Below, in pieces: positions 1-6,856 of a stretch of DNA of 7,022 nucleotides. The DNA is taken from contig NW_021829092.1 of NCBI RefSeq assembly GCF_006345805.1, positions 1 through 7,022 of the forward strand. The letters are read 5' to 3'. The notes below the pieces were generated by a model, which made no database searches, had not been told where the DNA came from, and was given only the letters and a program-made list of their open reading frames with translations. A program made the translations under genes and the position numbers. The stretch comes from Octopus sinensis (Eukaryota). Position 1 is the first letter of the stretch. Every line of letters starts with the position of its first letter.

Positions 1-19
1 ACAGACAGACAGACAGACC

Positions 20-90
<71 letters not shown>

Positions 91-92
91 CA
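1..92. repeat. Compound tetranucleotide microsatellite (CAGA)n then (TAGA)n
   Basis: Direct reading: acag repeats switch to atag repeats near position 21; runs off the left edge. Confidence 0.97.
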
Positions 93-129
93 GTGCCATT
101 ATATATATGTGTGTGCGTGTGTGTGTGAA

Positions 130-440
130 GGTGCATGGCTCAGTGGTTAGAGCGTCGAGCTTACGATCGTGAGTTTGTGAGTTCGATTCCTTTATTTCAC
201 GTTGCTCCACTTCACTCATCTGTAGAAATGAGTTGCGACATCACTTGTGCCAATCTGTATCGGCCCCTTTACCTTTCCCTTGGATAACATCGGTGGCGTG
301 GAGAGGGAGGCTGGTACGCTGGTCTTCCATAAAATCCTTAGGTTGTGTGTTCGCCGGTGATGCGACTTTCCACCCAGACTTGTACCCCGGCGGGAAACCT
401 CTTCAGATGCACCCATAGTCATTCGTGACCAACGGATTCG
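130..440 (+). mobile_element. tRNA-derived CORE-type SINE (body type A), with internal deletion after the B box
   Basis: A box TGGCTCAGTGG at 136-146 and B box GTTCGATTCC at 181-190. CCACTTCACTCATCTGTAGAAATGAG (207-232) resembles the CORE-SINE motif CTCAGTTTCCTCATCTGTAAAATGG. The head is homologous to the copy at 5494. The 3' end is approximate. Confidence 0.85.
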
Positions 441-445
441 AGTTT

Positions 446-511
446 TATATATATGTGTGTGTGTGTATGTGTGTGTATGTGTGTATGTGTATGCGTGTGT
501 GTGTGTGTGTG
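446..511. repeat. Mixed (TA)/(TG)/(TATG) microsatellite
   Basis: Direct reading. Confidence 0.95.
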
Positions 512-630
512 TTAAATAAAATAATACTTTCTTATCCTCATACTTCCCTTTGTATTTATATCTCTCCCTTTCCAAAATATCTTCTTATATTGAACTCAAC
601 TATTTCCCTCTATCTAACTCTCTCATATCA

Positions 631-674
631 CCTCTGATGTTGTGATATCTTCTATATCCCTGAAACAGCTGTAA
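631..674 (+). ncRNA. Degenerate minimal type-I hammerhead-like motif, probable Penelope-like element remnant
   Basis: CTGATGt (634-640; consensus CUGANGA). Stem II TGTGATAT/ATATCCCT has 6 of 8 pairs. GAAA at 662-665, palindromic stem III ACAGCTGT (665-672), GUA triplet. A9 is mutated and stem I is only 1 bp, so it is probably inactive. Preceded by a pyrimidine-rich tract. Confidence 0.45.
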
Positions 675-754
675 AAAAAACAATTCCCTTTATAAATGTC
701 CTAGAAATTTCACACTGCCTTTGCCTTGCTGTGTCATTTTATTTAATATATACA

Positions 755-895
755 CGTCGACCACATCTACTCACAAGGCTTCGGTCTGCCCCCAAGCTAT
801 AATAGAAGACATCTGCCCAATCTTCCACGCTGTTGGACTAATCCTTGCACTATGTGGTTAGGAATCAAACCTCTTACCACACAGTCACACTGGCA
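755..895 (-). mobile_element. Diverged 5' half of tRNA-derived SINE (body type B)
   Basis: Reverse complement reads gtgactgtgtggtaagagg...ccacatagtgcaaggattagtccaacagcgtgg...ttgggcagatgtcttctattatagc...gaccgaagccttgtgagtagatgtggtcgacg. This is colinear with the heads at 2181 and 4277. Confidence 0.88.
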
Positions 896-956
896 TACAC
901 ACACACACACACACACACACACCACACACACACACCACACACACAACACACACACA
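896..956. repeat. Interrupted (CA)n microsatellite
   Basis: Direct reading. Confidence 0.96.
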
Positions 957-1052
957 TGTTTTTTATATGAGGTGTCTCAAATGAAAATGTAGCTATAAAT
1001 AATTTTTTGTAACGAAGGGATACACTCCACTTTTACATACTAAATAAATTTC

Positions 1053-1076
1053 TAATTATGTTAATTATGTTAATTA
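1053..1076. repeat. 9-bp tandem unit TAATTATGT x2.7 (three TAATTA palindromes)
   Basis: TAATTA at 1053, 1062 and 1071. Confidence 0.9.
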
Positions 1077-1663
1077 AACCACGTAGATACCGACCTGTTA
1101 TACTTCTATAAAAGTAAACCGATCATCGACCGTGGTTTGTGTAATTTTAAAATTAATGGAGCCTAAAATAAATTTACTAATTTTATCGAATTCATTCGCG
1201 CTGTGATTGATGAGTCTACACATGGGATTAACAACAAAACTTATCGTTGTGGTCATTCAGAGTTATGTAGGGTTGGCACTTAGCCAAAAATACAATTCTT
1301 TTCGTCTGTTTTAAGTCCGGATGGTGTTGATTGTATTTCTGTAATAGTATTGTTGTATGAGTAAGAATTATGTACTTTTGTTTCCTCTGACGATTACGTT
1401 GCATTTTTTTGAAAGAAACAAAAAACGTTATTGTTATATAAACTTTTGGTTTTGTCCACAAGTAGGTGTGTGTGTGAGAGAGGGAGAGGGGGAGGAGGAG
1501 AGTCTATGTTTATGGGTGTTAGTGATTGTTTTTACGTGTGTGGTGCTTAGAATTTTTTTAATATGTTCAGGTCTTTGTTTAGGCATTGAAAATTACTATT
1601 AGATGCAGTCTTAGGCAAATTACATTGCACCTTATATATTTACATCTGAATGTATTTGTATGA

Positions 1664-1797
1664 AATACATACATATATACGTACACGCATAAACACATTT
1701 TTATGTAAAATCTATCCACACATTTATAAATATACATACACAAACACATACACACACGCACACATACACACACATATACATATACAGATATAGATAT
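1664..1797. repeat. Mixed TACA/CA/TA low-complexity tract
   Basis: Direct reading; interrupted. Confidence 0.85.
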
Positions 1798-1972
1798 AGG
1801 TTAGTTGAGGTAGAATTTAAAATAACCGTCTAAGGGATAGAAGTATCCATTACAATACCGGTTTATTACCTATGTTTAACCATGGGCATACATATGCAGG
1901 AATATTATACTCATAAGTTATGGGTAAAGACAAGGATAAACATGAGTTTATCATGAATCAAAATTTAAAAAA

Positions 1973-2151
1973 AAAACAGAAAATGGAGAAGTACTGATGA
2001 AGAACAACTGACTTTCATCAATTATTATTTATTAATTCAATACAAATAGACTGCATCCCGAGATGGGATGCAGTCTATTTGTTTTGAATTAATAAATAAT
2101 AACTGATGCAAGTGAATTGTTGTTCATCGATATTTCTCCATTTTCTGTTTT
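1973..2151. repeat. Long inverted repeat (87-bp arms, 5-nt loop); foldback/MITE-like or inverted duplication
   Basis: 1973-2059 pairs with 2065-2151 without indels, 78/87 Watson-Crick by hand count. Loop GAGAT at 2060-2064. Confidence 0.97.
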
Positions 2152-2159
2152 CTTTCAAT

Positions 2160-2189
2160 TACTGCGACTATGTATATATAGTCGCAGTA
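2160..2189. repeat. Perfect 12-bp inverted repeat overlapping a SINE 5' end
   Basis: TACTGCGACTAT (2160-2171), spacer GTATAT, ATAGTCGCAGTA (2178-2189). Confidence 0.93.
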
Positions 2190-2550
2190 GTGACTGTGTG
2201 GTAAGTAGCTTGCTTACCAACCACATTGTTCCGGGTTCAGTCCCACTGCGTGGCACCTTGGGCAAGTGTCTTCTGCTATAGCCTGGGGCCGACCAAAGCC
2301 TTGTAAGTAGATTTGGTAGATGGAAACTGAAAGAATCCCGTCGTATATATATACATATGTGTGTGTGCGTGAGTGTGTGTGTATGTATATGTGTGTGTGC
2401 ATGTGTGTGTGTGTCTGTTTGTCTGCCGCCACTGACTGACAGCTGGTGTTGGTGAATTTACGTCCCCATAACTTAACGGTTCAGCAACAGAGACCAACAG
2501 AATAAAGAACCAGACTTTAAAAAATCCAAGTTCTGGAGTCGATTCATTCA
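2181..2550 (+). mobile_element. tRNA-derived CORE-type SINE (body type B), 3'-truncated, with internal microsatellite
   Basis: A-box-like TGACTGTGTGG 2191-2201, B-box-like GGTTCAGTCCC 2234-2244, CORE-like CCTTGGGCAAGTG near 2256-2268. Internal TA/TG tract 2344-2414. Colinear with 4277-4681 but stops after GTCGATTCATTC, before the tail. Confidence 0.92.
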
Positions 2551-2554
2551 CAAA

Positions 2555-2582
2555 TGTGTGTATGAGTGTATGTGTGTGTGTG

Positions 2583-2631
<49 letters not shown>
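2555..2631. repeat. (TG)n microsatellite
   Basis: Direct reading; alternating purine-pyrimidine tract. Confidence 0.97.
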
Positions 2632-2633
<2 letters not shown>

Positions 2634-2682
2634 CTGGCAAAGTCATGGCTGCGTCTGTCAGTCTTGTTTGATTAGTTCCATC

Positions 2683-2721
2683 AATCTGAGGATACTGACC
2701 ATTTCACCGAAACGCCTCGTT
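2683..2721 (+). ncRNA. Second degenerate minimal type-I hammerhead-like motif, probable Penelope-like element remnant
   Basis: AAT-CTGAGGA (2686-2692)-T-ACTGA ccatt TCACC-GAAA (2709-2712)-CGCCTC-GTT. One substitution from the palindromic GAAACGCGTC form. Stem I AAT/GTT has 3 bp with a wobble; stem II has only 3 of 5 pairs. Confidence 0.42.
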
Positions 2722-2851
2722 CACTCTGTATATTCCTGGCCAACAATTCCGTCCTATCATTTACTCCACACACCCTTCCCCCGCCATCGCCATCACCATT
2801 ACCTGACATCTCCATCAATGCCATTCCCTCCTACCGTTTACCCACCTCTGT

Positions 2852-2875
2852 CCCTTCCCTCCCTTCTTTCCCCCC
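2852..2875 (-). other. Canonical G-quadruplex-forming motif
   Basis: Minus strand GGGGGG-AAAGAA-GGG-A-GGG-AA-GGG fits G3N1-7 x4. Extra G tracts at 2841-2843 and 2826-2828. Confidence 0.6.
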
Positions 2876-3028
2876 AACGTCTCCATTAATTTACTACTGA
2901 CCGATACAGATTCATCATTCACACATTAACCTAGCGAAGCAGACAGACACACACAAAACAAACATAAAACAGTAACAAATAAATACCTTTTTTTATTGGT
3001 TTTATATCATTAATATTATCATCGTGCT

Positions 3029-3120
3029 TTATTATTATTATTATTATTATTATTAATAGTAGTAGTAGTAGTAGTAGTAAGTAGTAGTAGTAGTAGTAGA
3101 GTAGTAGTAGTAGTAATAAT
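3029..3120. repeat. Compound trinucleotide microsatellite (TTA)n-(TAG)n-(TAA)2
   Basis: Direct reading; switch near 3056. Confidence 0.96.
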
Positions 3121-3386
3121 TATATATATATATATATACATATATACATGATATTACATATATATACTTAATTATACATATACCTATATATACATCTTAA
3201 CATATATATATATACATATATACATATATATATATATGTATATATATTTACATATTATATATATGTATATATTATATATATATATAATATATATATATAA
3301 TATATATATATACAAATATACATATACATATATAATAATACTGTAATTGTTCCTGTTGTGTTGTTTTTTTTGTTTCCCTTTGGATT

Positions 3387-3442
<56 letters not shown>

Positions 3443-3510
3443 GATATATATATTTATATATAGATATATATAATATGCATTTATATATATACATATATAT
3501 ATATATGCAT
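3121..3510. repeat. Long degenerate (TA)n tract with a roughly 50-bp non-repeat island at about 3340-3390
   Basis: Direct reading. Confidence 0.93.
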
Positions 3511-3657
3511 ATTGCTTTGTTTTGACGATGAGTTGTATTGAAGTGTTTTTCTTTTTGCCATTGCTTTTTTTATGATGTTCACGATGTTCATACTGTAGTT
3601 ATTTTGTATTCTTTCAACACGCCAGCTTCGGTATTACTTTGGCGTAAATCTTTTGTC

Positions 3658-3820
3658 ATATGTGCATATGTATTTACGTATGTATATATGTATGTTCATA
3701 TGTGTATATGTATGCATGTGTGCATATATATATATTATGGTGTGGGCGTAAATATATATGTTTGTGTGCGTGTATGTGTGTATAACTCGAAATATATGTA
3801 TATGTGTGCGTACTTGTCTG

Positions 3821-3852
<32 letters not shown>

Positions 3853-4046
3853 CGCACGCACACATACACGTGTCTGTGTCTGTGCGCGCGCGCAGTGTTT
3901 TTTCACTTCAAGAAAACATACTTTATACTATCGCTGGTATTCAAGTATACCTTGATTTACACGTATGTATCCATGTCTGTATACACTTAGACATGTGTGT
4001 GTGTATGTGTGTGTGTGTATGTGTGTGTGTGTATAAATACACATAT
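3658..4046. repeat. Mixed TA/TG/CA/CG alternating low-complexity region
   Basis: Direct reading; includes TGCGCGCGCGCA near 3882-3893 and a non-repeat spacer at about 3895-3990. Confidence 0.85.
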
Positions 4047-4049
4047 GTA

Positions 4050-4170
4050 CTTCCAAACAATATGGTGTCGAGGTTCAACGTCGCTGGTTGACATCTTAGG
4101 CAACTATTTTCTTCTATAAGCATGGACTTATGAATAGATTTGCCAGGCGGAAACTGAAAGAAGCCCATCT
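4050..4170 (+). mobile_element. Old, diverged type-B SINE, 5' half
   Basis: ccaaacaatatgg...aggttcaacgtcgctgg...cttaggcaac...gatttgccaggcggaaactgaaagaagcccatc is colinear with the heads at 2181 and 4277. GGAAACTGAAAGAA is shared with the 2181 copy. Confidence 0.8.
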
Positions 4171-4225
4171 TACATACATATATATATATATATATATCTA
4201 TATATATACACATATATATATATAT

Positions 4226-4270
<45 letters not shown>

Positions 4271-4276
4271 GATATA
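4171..4276. repeat. (TA)n-rich tract, probably the internal microsatellite of the old SINE
   Basis: Begins where the internal microsatellite begins in the other type-B copies. Confidence 0.9.
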
Positions 4277-4681
4277 GGCGGGCAGGAGTGGCTGAGTGGT
4301 AAGTAGCTTGCTAACCACCACATGGTTCCGGTTCAGTCCCACTGCGTGGCACTTTGGGCAAGTGTCTTCTGCTATAGCCCCGGGCCGACCAATGCCTTGT
4401 GAGTGGATTTTGTAGACGGAAACTGAAGAAGCCTGTCGTATATATGTATATATATGTATAAGTGTGTGTGTGTTGGTGTGTCTTTGTTTGTCTCCCTAGC
4501 ATTGCTTGACAACCGATGCTGGTGTGTTTATGGTCCTCGTCACTTAGCGGTTCGGCAAAAGAGACCGATAGAATAAGTACTGGGCTTACAAAGAATAAGT
4601 CCCGGGCGATTTGCTCTGACTAAAGGCGGTGCTCCAGCATGGCCGCAGTCAAATGACTGAAAAAAATAAAAGAGTAAAAGA
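4277..4681 (+). mobile_element. Full-length, relatively young type-B tRNA-derived CORE-type SINE
   Basis: A box TGGCTGAGTGG 4289-4299, B-box-like GGTTCAGTCCC 4330-4340, TTGGGCAAGTG CORE-like segment. Internal microsatellite 4439-4472. 3' end ...AAATGACTGAAA plus TAAAAGAGTAAAAGA tail. Confidence 0.93.
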
Positions 4682-4689
4682 TACATTAT

Positions 4690-4732
<43 letters not shown>

Positions 4733-4860
4733 GTAACAACATAAAAGAGTAAAATAGTACATTATATATATATATTATATATTATATATATATATATATA
4801 TACATGTGTGCATGAATGCATGCACACATATATATGCAGATATATATGCATACATATATG
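4682..4860. repeat. TA-rich tract containing re-iterated SINE tail units
   Basis: TAAAAGAGTAA recurs at 4667, 4726 and 4742. Confidence 0.85.
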
Positions 4861-5094
4861 TGTTTGTGTGTATTTCCCACCACCATGTGACAACCGGTTT
4901 TATTTTGTTTTACGTCCCCATTACCAAACAGTCCGGTAAAAGAATTTGCTAAAATACGCACCAGACTTTAAAATAATCTCTGGTGTCGATCTGTTTAACT
5001 AAAAAATGTTTTTTTTAAATACCTTTCAAGATTATTCCCCAAGATGTCCACGCTCCAATGACTGAAACAAGTCAAAACGAAAAAAAGTAAAAAG
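4861..5094 (+). mobile_element. Old, diverged type-B SINE, 3' half
   Basis: tgacaaccgg...tttacgtcccc...accagactttaaaa...gtcgatctg...ccaatgactgaaacaag plus an A-rich tail. Colinear with the 3' halves at 2415-2550 and 4473-4681. Confidence 0.85.
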
Positions 5095-5178
5095 CAGACA
5101 GACACTTTGAACTATATTAATTTATATTCATTAATAAATGAATGAGTTAAGCTTCGAGCAATGCAATAATTTTTTTAA

Positions 5179-5210
5179 AAACTTTTAGATTTTTAAACTT
5201 TTAGATTTTT
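5179..5210. repeat. 16-bp perfect tandem duplication AAACTTTTAGATTTTT x2
   Basis: 5179-5194 equals 5195-5210; partial third unit AACCTT follows. Confidence 0.93.
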
Positions 5211-5493
5211 AACCTTTCGCATTGTTAGATTCCCGTATTTCTTATTTCCTTTATTATTCTATTTCGGTCCTACAATGCTTCAAGCAAGCTAAAACGCTCT
5301 TGTTATATTAATTAAATTTAACAACGATAAATGAGCAAGCTTCGTGTTTTTTGGATGCTAACTAACGCATTTTACCTTAAAATTTTAGTATTTCCTTTCA
5401 TTAAATTCGTTGTACATTTAATGAACTTCATTAGTATTTTTCTCATAAATATGATCGGTTTAATTAATCAAATTAATATTAATACAGGGAGAG

Positions 5494-5785
5494 CGTGCGG
5501 CGGCTCAGTGGTTAGGGTGTTGTACGCCCGATTGCAATATTGTGGTCTTAATTCTTAGATCGGGTGGTACGGTCTATCCTTAAGCGAATCACAGCATTTC
5601 ACGCACGTTACTCTGCGATTATTTTGGTACCTGATGTGTGGTACACTGTGCATCTTTTCAGGCAATGCTAGTTTGTTGGAGGGAGTGAGATAATGCATAG
5701 GACACATGTCTGCCCACTGTAAAAACAAAATTCTTTGTTCAGAATGTTCAACAGTAATGTAAAGAATCGTCTTTCTCGGACCATA
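5494..5785 (+). mobile_element. Diverged tRNA-derived SINE (body type C)
   Basis: A box CGGCTCAGTGG 5501-5511, decayed B box GGTCTTAATTC 5544-5554. Head aligns with 136-190. ATTTCACG..TTACTC at 5596-5613 matches ATTTCACGTTGCTC at 194-207, after which the bodies differ. The 3' boundary rests on recall of an octopus repeat and is approximate. Confidence 0.7.
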
Positions 5786-6410
5786 AGAGATTACCATAAT
5801 CTATTCTCTATTATTAAAACTATGCGATAAATATCTAGTATCCTCAAGCTGACACTAAATACAAGGGAGTTAATCGTTTCTTCATAATATGTGGCGGGAA
5901 CAGAAGTTTGAATTTGAAATTAAGAAATAAGGGAAAAGATGCACAGAATGCACATGCTTCATTTTTCTTTTTCTTTTCTTACTTATTACAAAGTTCTTTG
6001 AATAATTAGTTGGTGATAATCCTGAACAGGACTATTTCATTCATTTTAGAAACCACCAGTATGACATAAACTGAGATATATTAATGAAACAATGAATACA
6101 GGAATTATTTTATAGCTGGAAAACAATTAAAAATTTGGAGGAATTTCACGGAATGCGTAATTTGCTATTTTTTCTTTTATTATTCGTAGTGGTATGGTAA
6201 TTTAGCAGTCAAGGGAGACGGGAGAAAGTTCTTAATGTTTATAAACAAGGTATCAAGTTTAAAATAATAGTCATATTTTCAACATTAGACCATAAAAAAA
6301 AAAAGATTTATATTATTAAAGCAACATTTGTGTGTCTGTCACTCTTTGACCTTCACTTTCAGTTATAATTCCAACATAATTCACATCTGACATATTTCTG
6401 CATAAAAACT

Positions 6411-6640
6411 ATATGCGTGCGTGTATGTGTGTGTGGTGGGGGGGGTTGTTTGTTTGCGTGTGTGTAGGTTTTGTGCTCTGAGTCTTATTTGTCTCGATTG
6501 AAAAATAAAAATTAAATACACACGCATACGCACAAATGCATATATATATAACCATGACTATATGTATGCGTATATAGACACGCACACCCACACACCCACA
6601 CATACACACACACACATACACACATATATATATATATATT
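6411..6640. repeat. Mixed TG/CA/TA low-complexity region
   Basis: Direct reading; interrupted by non-repeat sequence at about 6470-6515. Confidence 0.8.
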
Positions 6641-6782
6641 AACAAACACGGAATGAAAAAAGATAGTGATTAGAAAGTAATGCGTGTTATCGATACTAAA
6701 GTTATCTCTTTTTTTTCTTTAATATCAATTTTCGTCATGATTCCTTTTCCTTAACATTACTCTCTCCTGTTTCTCGTTCCAG

Positions 6783-6856
6783 TATCTGACGACACCAAAA
6801 CTGAGGCGGACATTTTCACATACAACCCACAATCCGCCATTAGAGAAGAAGAAAAA
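6783..6856 (+). CDS. Candidate internal coding exon, 74 nt, phase 1 to phase 0, peptide (x)SDDTKTEADIFTYNPQSAIREEEK; product unknown
   Basis: Branch-like CCTTAAC at 6749-6755, AG-free pyrimidine tract, CAG acceptor at 6780-6782. Open frame with protein-like composition, purine-rich GAAGAAGAA at the end, then a GTTTGT donor at 6857-6862. No homolog recognised. Confidence 0.45.

Noticed and set aside
130-190. Possible tRNA gene (weakly tRNA-Arg-like head)
   Set aside because: No acceptor stem or 3' T-arm pairing, and it continues into a CORE-like body; it is a SINE head. The same applies at 2181, 4277 and 5494.
366-406. Minus-strand CTGAAGA...GAAA hammerhead
   Set aside because: Stem II cannot close (G opposite G), and it lies inside a SINE body.
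967-980. TGAGGTGTCTCAA as a Tc1/mariner-like terminus
   Set aside because: No inverted partner seen in the window and no transposase remnant.
1317-1467. Possible exon between the TTTTAAG acceptor (ending 1316) and the GTAGGT donor (about 1462)
   Set aside because: Stops in all three frames; a non-coding exon cannot be supported without RNA data.
1994-2025. CTGATGA as a third hammerhead core
   Set aside because: No stem II followed by GAAA downstream; it is part of the inverted-repeat arm.
2677-2819. TCCATCAAT direct repeat (2677-2685 and 2811-2819) as a target-site duplication
   Set aside because: A 9-mer in biased sequence can occur by chance, and it would cut through stem I of the hammerhead-like motif.
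3057-3119. TAG/TAA run as a functional stop-codon array
   Set aside because: Ordinary compound microsatellite with no upstream ORF.
5141-5344. Recurring AATGAG..AAGCTTCG / AAGCT motif (near 5141, 5286, 5330)
   Set aside because: Short, irregularly spaced, and not a proper heat-shock element; compatible with chance.
216-6645. All ORFs in the supplied six-frame track
   Set aside because: Most translate microsatellites (VCVC, YIYI, HTHT) or SINE sequence. The rest (1228-1461, 1357-1602, 5331-5558, 5555-5797) are short AT-rich frames with no recognisable motif.
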